Positions 14,168 to 26,640 of a DNA stretch of 64,000 bases are shown in pieces. The notes below the pieces were generated by a model. That model saw nothing but the letters and a program-made list of their open reading frames with translations. It searched no databases and had not been told where the DNA came from. The DNA is from Squalus acanthias (Eukaryota), in NCBI GenBank assembly GCA_030390025.1, contig CM059431.1, positions 127,784,001 through 127,848,000 on the forward strand, written 5' to 3'. Position numbers and translations under genes: made by a program. The first letter of the stretch is position 1. Each line of letters opens with the position of its first letter.

Positions 14168-14303
14168 CTGTAAGCTTCCCTTTCTTTTTAACCACTGATT
14201 GAGCTAGAGTCATAGTAAAGGAGGCATTTGACAATAAAGGTGAAGATAGGTCACATCTGCAATGTAAGTTTGGGCACCAATGATCTACATGATTGCAGCA
14301 TGA
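14168..14303. repeat. ~140-bp dispersed direct repeat, copy 2
   Basis: Highly similar to 10961-11102. Confidence 0.85.
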
Positions 14304-14388
14304 GTAAGCGGTGTCCATGTGTTCCTTAAATTGCAATCAGGGTCCTAATTATGTTAAAGGACCCCGTTTTGCAAAACCAAAAGACCTA

Positions 14389-15279
14389 GGGGGAAAAATT
14401 CAGGTGGTTGCGCCTCCCGTTAGCGCCTTAAGAGGGCGCTAATGGGGCGCAAAGCATCTAGCGCCCAGGCACGGCGAAGTTTGCGGCACTCGCGAAATTA
14501 ACTAGACATTTTGCGGCGGCGCTAAACACTACCGCCACGATCTCCTGCGCCGGCAGATCATGATGTCACTCGAGTGCGCAACGCCCCGGTAGCGCCCCGG
14601 AGCGGATATTGAGTGGCGGCCCCTGCCTTACCGCCTGACGCTAGCAACGACAGGTTGAGGGGAGCGTTCTGCAGTCATGAAGGGAAAGGGGGAGCGCTAT
14701 TTAAAGGTGACTGCTTCCTGCCTTTTACTGTTGGTGCCATTTTTGAACTGCGCATTCTGAGAGAGAGAGGGAGAGACTTCTGGAGAGATTCAACGTTGTG
14801 TGAAGGAGTTTTGGGTACTGAGCAGCACTTTGCAGGTTCATTTTGATTTGCCATTCTTGTATCGATTTAGCAGAGACTGTGGGGGCTGCATTCTGAGCTC
14901 TTGGCCTGGTACTCTCCATTGTTCTTTCCAGCACATTTGATGTGCAGGTCTCTCCAGGCCGAGATTCAAGGCTGCAATGAGCAGGATGTGGATGGAAAGC
15001 AAGATTAACCATCCCTTTAAGAACTGGCCCGTGCCATTGTGTGTGTGTTCCATTGCTGACTGACATTACATGAGCTTCGCCAGCGCTCTGAGGTAGCGCC
15101 TCGCTCCTCGGCCTTTGCGCCTTCAGACAGGTGTGAAGCGCCTGATATAGCGCTGCAATCACCTCCAGGGGCGATAAAAGTCAAGTTTGCAGTCGGTGGC
15201 GATAATTAGCGCCAGGCGCTAATCTTTGTGCCCGGCCGATAATTGCGCCCCAAATGGGGCAATACTGAATTTCTCCCCC
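14389..15279. mobile_element. Harbinger MITE, family B copy 1
   Basis: TIR GGGGGAAAAATTCAG...CTGAATTTCTCCCCC, TSD CTA/CTA; left end matches elements 33065-36263 and 52090-59451. Confidence 0.88.
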
Positions 15280-15964
15280 CTACTGTCTACCCAACCGAAA
15301 GCCCCTTTCAAAATGTCGGCGGCTGGACTCCATTTACCATGTTTAGGCCAATTTTGGCTAGTTAAACATCAGCCCAATCTTGTTGAGTGGGAGTGAGAAG
15401 AGAGAGGAAGAGAAATATCATGTTATGGGGGAGTGAAAAGAAAGAATTTTCTTGGAGGGGGGAGAAGATTTTGCTGAAGATGGGGTCAATGATTGTCACA
15501 CACACACACACACATACACACACTGCTGAGCAGGAGGACTGGCCTGCAGTCAATACTTTCTATTCATGGTGTAGTTGAAGATAGCTTCAAGTTGAGAATT
15601 CTTAACAAAACTTCCATGGCTGGGTTCTCCTCTTCAATGCTAGGTAATGACTTGTTCCATTGGGTCTACAATCAATTTTAAAATTGTTCTCACAAATCAA
15701 TGATGATTTTTCACACTTGTATGTACAATCAATTGGTTAGGGGTGCAGGGAAGGACAAAAAGAAATGTGAGGGGACATGCTTCCAAATTTTTTTTGGCAA
15801 AGCTTATGTGACTCCCTTCTGCCCAGTATCAGATCATGGAATTGCACCTGAAGTTCCTTCTCTTACTAACATCTAACACTAATCCCCCACCCTATCTCTA
15901 TACCTATTCAGTTATTCAGTATAATAGTATTCCAGAAAGGACAAAAAAGAGTGGAAATAAAAGG

Positions 15965-18073
15965 AAATAATGCATAATTTGCAACAAACATATATTCCTC
16001 TAGGGCATAAAAACCCAAAAGGAAAAGTGATCCAACCATGGCTAACAAAAGAAATTAAAGCTAGTATTAAGTCAAAGGAGGAAGCTTATAAAGTTGCCAG
16101 AAAAATCGGTCAGCCTGAGGATTGGGATCTTTTTAGAAATCAGCAAAGGGGGACTGAGAAATTGATAAAGAAAGGAAAAATGGAATATGAGCACAAACTA
16201 GCGAAAAATATAAAAATGGATTGTAAAAGCTTCTATAGGTATGTGAAAAGGAAAAGACTGGCGAAGGTAAATGTAGGTCCTTTACAGTCAGAGACGGGAG
16301 AATTTATAATGGGGAAATGAGGAAATGGCAGAGAAATTAAATAAATACTTTGTTTCTGTCTTCACGGAGGAAGACACAAAAAACCTCCCAGAAATACGAG
16401 AAAACCAAGGGTGTGACGAGAATGAGGAACTTAAAGAAATTATTATTAGTAAAAAAACAGTACTAGCAAAATTAATGGGACTAAAAGTCGACAAATCCCA
16501 AACACCGGATGACCTACATCCGAGGGTTTTGAAAGAGGTGGCCATTGGAATAGTGGACACATTAGTTGTCATCTTCCAAAGTTCATTAGATTCTGGAACG
16601 GTTCCTACAGATTGGAGGATAGCAAATGTAACCCCGCTATTTAAGAAAGGAGGGAGAGAGAAAATGGGGAACTACAGACCTGTTAGCCTCACATCAGTAG
16701 TTGGGAAAATGCTGGAATCTATTATAAAGGATGCAATAGATGAGCACTTAGAAACTAATAGTAAGATTGGGCAGAGTCAACATGGATTTATGAAAGGGAA
16801 ATCCTGTTTGACAAACCTATTGGAGTTCTTTGAGGATGTAACTAGTGGAGTAGACAAAGGGGAACTGGCAGATGTGGTGTATCTGGATTTTCAGAAGGCC
16901 TTCGATAAGGTCCCACACAAGAGGTTGGTGAACAAAATTAGGGCACATGGAATTGGGGGTAATATACTAGCATGGATTGAGAATTGGTTAACAGACAGAA
17001 AAAAAGAGTAGGGATAAACGGGTCTTTTTCAGGATGGCAGGCTGTGACTAGTGGGGTACCGCAAGGATCGGTGCTTGGGCCCCAGCTATTCACAATTTAT
17101 ATCAATGATTTGGATGAGGGAACTAAATGTAACATTTCCAAATTTGCTGATGATACAAAGCTAGGTGGCAGTGTCAGTTGCGAAGAGGATGTGAAGAGGC
17201 TTCAAGGGGATCTCGACAGGCTCAGTGAGTGGGCGAGAACATGGCAGATGGAATATAACGTGGATAAATGTGAAGTTATCCACTTTGGTAGAAAAAACAG
17301 AAAGGCAGAGTATTTCCTTAATGGTGAAAGATTGGGGAATGCAGATGCTCAAATGGACCTGGGTGTCCTTGTACATGAGTCACTGAAAGTGAATGTGCAG
17401 GTGCAGCAACCCATTAGGAAGGCAAATGGTATGCTGGCCTTCATTACAAGAGGATTTAAGTACAGGAGTAAAGAAGTCTTACTCCAATTATATAGGGCCT
17501 TGGTGAGACCACACCGAGAGTACTGTGTACAATTTTGGTCTCCTTACCTAAGGAAGGATATACTTGCCATAGAGGGAGTGCAACAAAGGTACACGAGATT
17601 GATTCCTGGGATGGTGGGACTGTCGTATGAGAAGAAATTGAGTAAACCAGGCCTGTATTCTCTTGAATTCAGTAGAATGAGAGGGGATCTCGTTGAAGCA
17701 TACAAAATTATTACAGGGCTTGATAGGATGGATGCTGGGAGAATGTTTCCCTTAGCTGGGGAGTCTAGAACTAGGGGCCACAGCCTCAAGATAAAGGGTA
17801 GGCCATTCAGGACTGAGATGAGAAGAAATTTCTTCACACAGAGGGTGGTGAATCTTTGAAAATCTCTACCCCAGAAGGCTTTGGAGGCTCAGTCATTGGG
17901 TATATTCAAAACAGAAGTCGATAGATTTCTGACTAGCAAGGGCATCAAGGGATATGGCAATAGGGCCGGTGAATGGAGTTGAGGCAGGAGATCAGCCATG
18001 ATCTCACTGAATGGCGGAGCAAGTTCGAAGGGCCGAATGGCCTACTCCTGCTCCTACTTCTTATGTTCTTATG
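15965..18073 (+). mobile_element. 5'-truncated CR1 LINE, ORF2 reverse transcriptase (stop and frameshift)
   Basis: NYRPVSLTS, QHGF, YLDFQKAFDKV, GVPQGSVLGP and KFADD motifs; TTCTTATG tail. Confidence 0.95.
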
Positions 18074-18150
18074 AAGTATTTGTAATCTTCTCAGACATTT
18101 GCATTCGTATCTGATAGAGGCAGAGAAAAACTAGGGAGGAAAATGTGTAG

Positions 18151-20218
18151 ACATAGAAACATAGAAGATAGGAGCAGGAGTAGGCCATTCGGCCCCTCGA
18201 GCCTGTTCCGCCATTTAATGAGATCATGGCTGATCATCCAAATTCAGTACCCTATCCCTGCTTTCTCCCCATATCCCTTGATCCCTTTAGCCTTAAGAAA
18301 TATATCTAACTCCTTCTTGAATATATTTAATGAATTGGCCTCAACTGCCTTGTGTGGTAGAGAATTCCACAGGTTCCCCACTCTCTGGGTGAAGAAATTC
18401 CTCCTCATCTCAGTCCTAAATGGCTTACCCCTTATCCTTAGACTGTGACCCCTGGTTCTGGACTCCCCGCCATTGGAACATCCTTCCTGCATCTAGTCTG
18501 TCTAGTCCTGTTAGAATTTTATAAGTTTCAATGGGATCCTCTCTGATTCTTCTAAACTCTAGCAAATATAAACCTAATCGACCCAATCTCTCCTCATATG
18601 TCATTCCTGCCATCCCAGGTATCAGTCTGGTGAATCTTCGCTGCACTCTCTCCATGGCAAGAACATCCTTCCTCAAATAAGGTGACCAAAACTGCACACA
18701 ATACTCAAGGTGTGGTCTCACCAAGGCCCTTCACAACTGCAGCAAGACATCCTTGCTTCTGTACTCGTATCCTCTCGCTATAAAGGCCAACATACCATTT
18801 GCCTTCTTAACCGCCTGCTGCACCTGCATGCTTACCTTCAGCGACTGGTGCACAAAGACACCCAGGTCTCGTTGCACTTCCCCTTTTCCCAATCTATGGC
18901 CGTTCAGATAATAATCTGTCTTCCTGTTTTTGCCACCGAAGTGGATAACCTCGCATTTATCCACATTATACTGCATTTGCCATGCATCTGCCCAATCACC
19001 CAACCTGTCCAAATCATACTGGAGTTTCTCTGCATCCTCCTCATAGCACACACGCCCACCCAGCTTTGTGTCATCTGCAAACTTGGAGATATTACATCTA
19101 GTTCCCTCGTCTAGATCATTTATATATATATTGTGAATAGCTGGAGTCCTAACACCGATCCCTGCGGTACCCCACTAGTCACTGCCTGCCACTCGGAAAA
19201 AGACCCATTTATTCCAACTCTTTGCTTCCTGTCTGCCAACCAGTTCTCTATCCAAGACAATACCTTACCCCCAATCCCGTGTGCTTTAACTTTGCACGCT
19301 AATCTCTTACGCGGGACCTTATCGAAAGCCTTCTGAAAGTCCAAATACACCACATCCACTGGTTCTCCCTGATCTATTCTACCAGTTACATCCTCAAAAA
19401 ATTCCAGTAGTTTAGTCAAGCATGATTTACCTTTTGTAAATCCATGTTGACTTTGTCCAATCCTGTCACTGTTTTCCAAGTGCTCTGCTGTTACATCTTT
19501 TAAAATGGACTCTAGCATTTTCCCCACTACCGATGTCAGACTTACTGGTCTATAATTCCCCATTTTCTCTCTGCCACCTTTTTTGAATAGTGGGGTTACA
19601 TTAGCTATCCTCCAATCCATGGGAACTATTCCAGAGTCTATAGAATTTTGGAAGATGACCAGCAATGCATCTACTATTTCTCGGGCCACTTCCTTAAGTA
19701 CCCTAGGATGTAGATTATCAGGCCCTGGGAATTTATCGGCCTTCAATCCCATCAATTTCCCTAACACCATTTCCCTACAAATACTGATTTCATTGAATTC
19801 CTCCCTCTCATTAGACCCTATGTTCCCCGACATCTCTGGGAGGTTATTTGTGTCCTCCTTTGTGAAGACAGAACCAAAGTATGTATTTAATTGGTCTGCC
19901 ATTTCTTTGTTCCCCATTATAAATTCCCCTGATTCTGACTGCAAGGGACCTATGCTTAACTTCACCAATCTTTTTCTCTTCACATATCTATAGAAGCTTT
20001 TACAGTCAGTTTTTATGTTCCCTGCAAGCTTACTCTCATAATCTATTTCCCCCCTCTTAATTAATCCCTTTGTCCTTCTTTGCTGAATCCTAAAGTGCTC
20101 CCAATCCTCAGGTTTGCTGCTTTTTCTGGCCAATTTATATGTCCTCTCCTTGGATCTTATGCTATCCCTAATTTCCCTTATTAGCCACGGTTGAGCCACC
20201 TTTTTTCTTTTATTTTTT
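18151..20218 (-). mobile_element. 5'-truncated CR1 LINE, ORF2 reverse transcriptase (frameshifted)
   Basis: Same RT motifs in ORFs 19120-20250, 18731-19051 and 18425-18724; (ACATAGAA)n tail on + strand. Confidence 0.95.
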
Positions 20219-21376
20219 AAGTCTAAACTGACTAATGCTGACTGTTCCATTCTAATTGGAAATTGGATTTCATTAATTAATTAAAGATATTTTGGATTGT
20301 AACTTGAAAAGGTAAGCTAGTGTGTTGCACAAAGAAGCAGAAAAACAGTGAAAAAATGGAAATGAGAACTTATGGTAGAGATCTTAAAAATTAATAACAG
20401 ACTGTGGACAGTGTAATTACAGTTGTGTCAAAAGTAGCTTATTATGCAGGTATGAAAAGGTATGTTTGAACAGCTCCTACATATCTGGCTTGCGTCATCT
20501 TAAGCATCATGTGTGGCATATCTTTTTAATATATAGTCATCATCCATTTTAAATTGGAGGGGTTAAAGAGGTCATGTGGTAAACCGTATTCAAGTGCCAC
20601 TCTGCAGAATTGTTGACCTCAGTTGTGTGCAGTGGGGAACAGCCAAGAGAAGTCGAGACTGGAGGGGGAAAGTCAGAAAGTGTTGGCACCAGTTTATCCT
20701 CATCTCTGACTAGAGCGGCATAGAAGGAAGCTTGAGGTTAGATTTCTCACTTGAGCTCTTCATTATATGGCCTTGTTAGACAGGAAAGGGAGGTAAATGA
20801 TGGGATAAAAGGTAAATATAACCTTAAAGACACAAGGATGATAAGAGACCTGGGGAGAGATTTTTGCTCTGTCTACCACTCCACTCATGCTGAAAAACAG
20901 GGCAGTAGGCAGATGATTTTTTTAAAAATCCTATCACCCAATGGCCGCTCAACTCAAGCAGGTCTAGAAATGGGCAGCCAGCACTCCCACTCGAAGCAGA
21001 CAGGGGCCTTATTTAAATATTTAAATTGGGATGCTACGCTGGTTGGAGGACCCCGACGCAATTTTCAGGTACCACTGGGAGGAGCGTGTATCAGTCGTAC
21101 CCTACATAGAGTGCCTGTAGATTAACCTGCATCCATTGCTCCGATGCAGGCAGCACACAAACTTCGCGCTGCTTGCTAATTTAAATGATTGCAGCTTGCA
21201 GCCAGTGATAAACACACTGTTGAGTGGCTGCATGCCTCAGCAAGGGGGCCCACTTTTGTGCGAGGCTAGTACCACTTAAAGCTAGCCTGCAATTCTTAAA
21301 GGGGAGGTGCATTCTGGCTGGAGTAGGTGCTGGAACTGTTTGTGGAACAGAATCTGAGCAGGTAAAAGACTGAATT

Positions 21377-22598
21377 ATGGCCCAACTGGGGAGAGCGCGT
21401 GCTCCAAGGATCTCTGATGCTGCACTGGATGCCTTGGTGCAGGAGGTGGACAGGAGGAGGGATGTGCTCTATCCACAGGGGGCCAGGAGGCACTCTAGAC
21501 AAACTCTGCAAAGGCAGCGGGAGAAGATAACTGTGGCAGTCAATACCAGAGGTCAAGCCGAGGACTTGGATGTAGTGTCGCAAGATGTTCAATGACTTCA
21601 TACGAGTGGTCAAGGTTAGTGAATTCATCTTCAAATGCCATATTCCAACAACTGCACCACTAGCCTCACATACTGCTCAATGCACCACACCCCCATCACT
21701 CACCTACCAACATTCTCTATCAAACAAGGACTCATTCCTCACATTCATAATTTCAGCTTGCCCACACACACTTAGCACTGCTACAAGCCTCACACCCACT
21801 TCGCACAGCTTATATACACTGCCAGCTATTCAACCATGACAGGCACATCACCCAAACACATTGCACCACACTCACTGACACACTTCCCTCTCTCCTGCAG
21901 GACAAGTTGGTGCATAACCAGAAGCAGCAGGAGCTAATCGGCAGGGGACAGACACGGCTGCCTGACCTAACCCCAATGGAGTTGATGGTTGTTGCCATCA
22001 TTGGAGAGGTCATCATTGAGGCCATGGCCAGCAGCTGGGCTAAAACCATCAGAGATGATGGCATCCTCATACCTTATTCTCCTTCTCACATCCCACTTCC
22101 CTCTCATCCCACAATGTCTTTTGATTTAAAAGCTGCAGATGGTGTAAGCATGCACCTCTACTTGCACTCCTCCCCGCACCATTACCCTACCCTTGTGCCT
22201 TTCTCCTTTCAGATACCCAAGAACTGCAACCTGGCCAGGCAGTGGTGGAAAAGCAACAGTTGGAAGAGGGAGAAGGCAGTGATGATGAAGACACAGCACT
22301 GTCACTCGATTTCACACTCTCAGCCACCAGCTCAGATACTGACACTCCTCATAATTTAGAGAGTAGCTCAGACGTGAGATCTGCACCGGGAGACACCGGG
22401 CATGAGTGGCCTGCAGCCAGGACAGGGGGCAAGCATAGCGCAGGTGCCTGCTCCCCGGAGGGCGACATCGCGCACGAACTCTGCTGCAGAGGACTCCGAT
22501 GAGCACTTCGATGGGGTGGGCTACAGAAGAAGGCTGATGGATATGCACAATGAACTGCTTGGTGCAGTGGGAAGCCTGCCAGAAAGCCTGTGTTCAAT
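21377..22598 (+). pseudogene. Harbinger Myb/SANT DNA-binding protein, 3 exons (21377-21614, 21901-~22060, 22213-~22598)
   Basis: RARAPRISDAALDALVQEVDRRRDVLYP...RKMFNDF; donor AAG|gttagt; acceptors ctgcag and tttcag; acidic C-terminal part homologous to the Myb genes of elements F and G. Confidence 0.8.
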
Positions 22599-22790
22599 GT
22601 TAAGCTACGTCCTCGCTCTGCCTGCTGCTCTCTGGCAAGAGAGAATGAAACGTATTCAGCTCTCTTGGAATGCAAAACCTCAGTGACCTCCCTTACGCAA
22701 AAGTGGACAGTAAACTGCAAGATGTTGCAAATATATCCTGCTCCAGCCTGGAAGTAGCCAGATGCATAAAAGTTCATGGCTACAATCACC

Positions 22791-23863
22791 TTCTTCTTCT
22801 TCTTCTTCTTCGGCAGTCCCTCGGATTCCAGGATGACTTGCTTCCACATTAAAAATGAGTTCTCAGGTGACTGATGAGTCCAATGCGGGACCTACAGTCT
22901 CTGTCACAGGTGGGGCAGACGGTGGTTGAAGGGGCGGGTGGGTAGTGTGCTTGGGTTGACGTGCGCTCCTTCCGCTGTTTGCGCTTGGCTTCCGCTTGCT
23001 CCCAGCGAAAAGACTCGAGGTATTCCACCTTGTACGGTCTTGGGCCAGGGATTCCCAGGTGTCGGTGGGGATGTTGCACTTTTTCAAGGAGGCTTTGAGG
23101 GTGTCCTTGAAGCGTTTCCTCTGCCCACCTGGGGTTCTCTTGCCGTGTCGGAGCTCCGTTGTTTTGGGAGTCTTGTATCGGGCATGCGGACAATGTGACC
23201 CGTCCATCGGAGCTGATCGAGCGTGGTCAAAGCTTCGATGCTGGGGATGTTGGCCTGCGCAAGAACACTGACACAGGTGCGCCTATTCCTGCCAATGGAT
23301 TTGCAGGATCTTGCAGAGGCAGCGTTGGTGGTACCTCTCTAGTGCTTTGAGGTGCCTGCTGTACATGGTCCATGTCTCTGAGGCACACAGGAGGGCGGGT
23401 ATTACTACTGCTCTGTAGACCATGAGCTTGGTGCCGGGTTTGAGGTCCTGGTCTTCAAACACTCTCTTCCTCAGGCGACCAAAGGCTGCACTGGCACACT
23501 GAAGGCGGTGTTGGACTTCGTCATCGACGTCTGCCCTTGTTGACAGTAGGCTCCCGAGGTATGGAAAGTGGTCCACGTTGTCCAAGGCCTTGTCATGGAT
23601 TTTGATAATCGGGGGGCAGTACTGTGTGGCGGGAGCAGGTTGGTAGAGGACCTTTGTCTTATGGATGTTTAGTGTAAGGCCCATGCTCTCGTACGCTTCA
23701 GTGAAGGTGTTGACGATGGTTTGGAGTTCAACCTCCGAGTGTGCGCAGACGCAAGCGTCATCTGCATACTGTCATTCAACAACAGAGGAAGGGACGACCT
23801 TGGATCTGGACTGGAGGCGACGGAGGTTGAACAGTTTCCAGTTTGTTCTGTAAATTAGAACAA
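22791..23863 (-). mobile_element. RTE-clade LINE 3' fragment
   Basis: QYADD-like core, GLTLNIHKTK, FPYLGS, YRAVVIPALL, GGQRKRFKDTLK, C-terminal CPTC..H; (GAA)n tail; TSD ACAATCACCTTC. Confidence 0.9.
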
Positions 23864-23930
23864 ACAATCACCTTCACAGCCACTGGCAATGCGGTCCTCG
23901 CCCTGCTCTGTCATTGCAGTTGTGGCTGCA

Positions 23931-24360
23931 ACATAGAAACATAGAAACATAGAATCTAGGTGCAGGAGTAGGCCATTCGGCCCGTCGAGCCTGCCCCACC
24001 ATTCAATACGATCATGGCTGATCATCCAAATCCAGTACCCTGTCCCTGCTTTAATCCCCACAGTACACATATCCCACCCTACCCCCGTAACCCCACGTAT
24101 TTAATTCCCCCTAACATATCCCATCCTATCCCCATAACCCCACATATTTAATCCCCCCCTAACATTAAGGGTCAATTTATCATAGCCAAATCAACCTACC
24201 CTGCACATTTTTGGACTGTGGGAGGAAACCGGAGCACCCGGAGGAAACCCACGCAGACACGGGGAGAATGTGCAAACTCCACACAGACAGTCACCCGAGG
24301 TCAGATTCGAACCCGGGTCTCTGGCGCTGTGAGACACCAGTGCTAACCACTATGCCACCA
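23931..24360 (-). mobile_element. HE1-like tRNA-derived V-SINE with CR1/HER1 tail
   Basis: tRNA head TGGCATAGTGG...GGTTCGAATC; V-domain GTGTGGAGTTTGCACATTCTCCCCGTGTCTGCGTGGGTTTCCTCCGGGTGCTCCGGTTTCCTCCCAC; tail like the CR1 at 18151. Confidence 0.88.
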
Positions 24361-25921
24361 GGTGGCAGATTTCAGTGAGGATGTCCATAGTGAAGCGCAG
24401 ACATCTGACACACTGTTCCTCGCAGAGGTTCAGATAAGAGTGTTGCTCCCTGAACACCCTGGGCGGATATGGCCTCCTGCTGAGAGCCCTTCTCCCTCTC
24501 CTCCTCCTCCCTCTTTCAGCAGTTTGTCCTGCTCTGTGTCGCCTCTGTTCATTCTCCCTGTCATGCTGTTTGTCAAGGGGAATGCCTACATGTGCATCCA
24601 TGTCTGGGAGCAAGTGGTCTGTGCAGAATCCTTGAAGTCAGGACAAAGTCCTTGAGCACTTGCCACATCACTCCTTGTAGACATTAGCAAATTTAAAGAA
24701 CTCTAGAAACCACCAAACATAGCACCAGCCAGCAGAAATCAATCAGCAACTAACCTGTAAATTTTTGAGATTCCTTTAAATAGTGCTGGTGGGGAGTCCT
24801 TCCTGCTGCTGAACGCCTGTTCAGCTGTGTGTGTTCAGCGTTTTGTGTTTAAGAGAGGAGAGGGTGTTAGCTGGAGCGTTGAGCTCCAAAATGGCAGCGC
24901 TGGTGTCAAATCAGCATTGCACGCTGATTGACGTCATGATCTCCCTACTCTGCATACTTCAGGTGGACGCTCCCTGCGCGCAAGCTATCGCCCTGCCCAA
25001 GATGGTGTCCTTCACGGCTCGCATCAGAAGTATGCGCGCACAAGACGTGGATGCCATTTTGGAATCTAAACGGCACTTGTAGCGCCCAAATAACGGGTGC
25101 TATGGAGCCGGATTTTGAGGCCTAAGAGTCTACTTCTGGCTTCACTCCATGGAGGTGTTGTCAAATTTCCTGCCCACCCCACAGTCGGTGAGCTGCCCAT
25201 CAAATTCAAAAAAATCCCAACCATGAAAATGTTTTGTGGCTCTTGCAAGTGCCAATGGGTAGGCAGCACGATGACTCTGTCCATTGCCCAGCCTTTATAC
25301 ACTGTACTTTAAAATTGTCACCTAGTGTTTCATTAAAACCAAACATCAAAGAACTGCCAATGCTGGAAATCGGAAACAAAAACTGTTATGAGAAAGTGCC
25401 TGCATCCGAAATGTTGGCCTAGCAATTGGATTGTGCCCAAGTGCGTGCTGCACACACCTAATGAGAGCAGTGGCACGACTACAATTGATCTGCTGGCCTC
25501 ATTTGTTTATGTGAGCTGCGAGTGCTAGTCACGTCCCCAGAAGCAGCTCGCCGGTTCTGGGACAGAACGAGCCTCAGCTGGTGTTTAAGCCGGCCGAGGC
25601 AGTAAATGGAGTGCGGGAAGGTGTGGAGTGGAGGCCGGCAGGAGGGGGTGCGACTGGTGTCCGGCAGCGGTATGCAAAATTAAATGTGGTGCTGGGAGGA
25701 ACACTCCATTTCCACAACAAAGTAAGTGGGGGGGAAAAAAATTAAAATTTACCTTTCGGGAAGCAGCCTATATCGTGTGAGAATTCTGACTGTAGCATGC
25801 ATGACACATGCTGTGTTCAGTCACTAACGAATTTTTAAAGTGAGCCTAATACAGCCGTTAAGCCCCTATTTGCATATTTATATATCGAATGCTGAGGCGT
25901 GGCACTGACAAATTTCTAGTC

Positions 25922-25992
25922 TGTTAATTTATCTGTTCTCTCCACAGATTCTGACTGACCTGCTAAGTGTTTCCATTATTTTGTTTTGTTTC
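25922..25992 (+). mobile_element. Penelope-like terminal fragment
   Basis: Similar to 61838-61903 (CTCTCCACA..GACCTGCT...TTTTGTTT). Confidence 0.45.
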
Positions 25993-26314
25993 TGGTGGTT
26001 CATTATTTTTCCAAGATATTAAAGTATGTGAGAAATGCTTTGAGGTAAGTTTGATAACTATTAATAAAACCCTAAAGACAGAATTAGATTGTTATTGGGA
26101 GCAACAATATGAAAATGGAGAGTCTGTGAGAAGGAATTCGATATACAATGATATTTCACACCAAATGGTGACTTAACACAACTGAAGAAATAATTGCACT
26201 GTAGTGCTGACTCAAACTCACTGTGATGGTCATATACTGCAGTACTAGAGCTCCCCCAGTGATACAGTAGGCAAGTGCATTTCCCGTTACAATACCAAGG
26301 CATAATGACAAGGA

Positions 26315-26640
26315 TGGTCTGTGTTGAGTTAGTTGATCTCAGCCAGGGCTGTGTAAGTACGTTGCATCATCACAATATTCTTGGGTTAGGGAAATGAAAA
26401 ATTATTCAGAAATTCTAATTGTTTTCCAGCTACCTTTGCGAGAAAGTGTAGGTGTTATCTGAAAACAGATTGTGCTCGTCCCAGATGCTCTCTATGTTCA
26501 AATAGCTTACCAATACTCACCATCTAGCTTCCTACATAAGGAATTGTTACTTGGGCAAGATATTGGACTGCCAATAACCATGGAATCAATCTCGGTGTGA
26601 GGCAGAATCATCATGTGGAGGAGGAATGAAAAATTGGAGA
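26315..26640 (+). mobile_element. Old SINE-like remnant
   Basis: CTGTGTTGAGTTAGTTGATCTCAGCCAG shared with the minus-strand copy at 44110-44260. Confidence 0.4.

Larger units (their letters stand above)
22600..24613 (-). pseudogene. HARBI1-like transposase N-terminal half, interrupted by SINE and RTE
   Basis: RRPYPPRVFREQHSYLNLCEEQCVRCLRF..ICHL (24361-24613), RTALPVAVK (23864-23930), VAMNFYASGYFQ...CVREVTE (22600-22790). Confidence 0.85.
20852..25122. mobile_element. Decayed bipartite Harbinger element (E) with nested RTE and SINE; ends uncertain
   Basis: Myb gene on +, transposase on -, convergent; only weak TIR similarity at the ends. Confidence 0.7.

Noticed and set aside
14257..14268. 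CTGCAATGTAAG resembling the start of miR-106a-3p
   Set aside because: Only 12 nt, with no matching 5p arm or cluster context
9321..14303. Segmental tandem duplication (MITE A plus the 140-bp repeat)
   Set aside because: The MITE A copies have different flanks and the intervening DNA is not homologous
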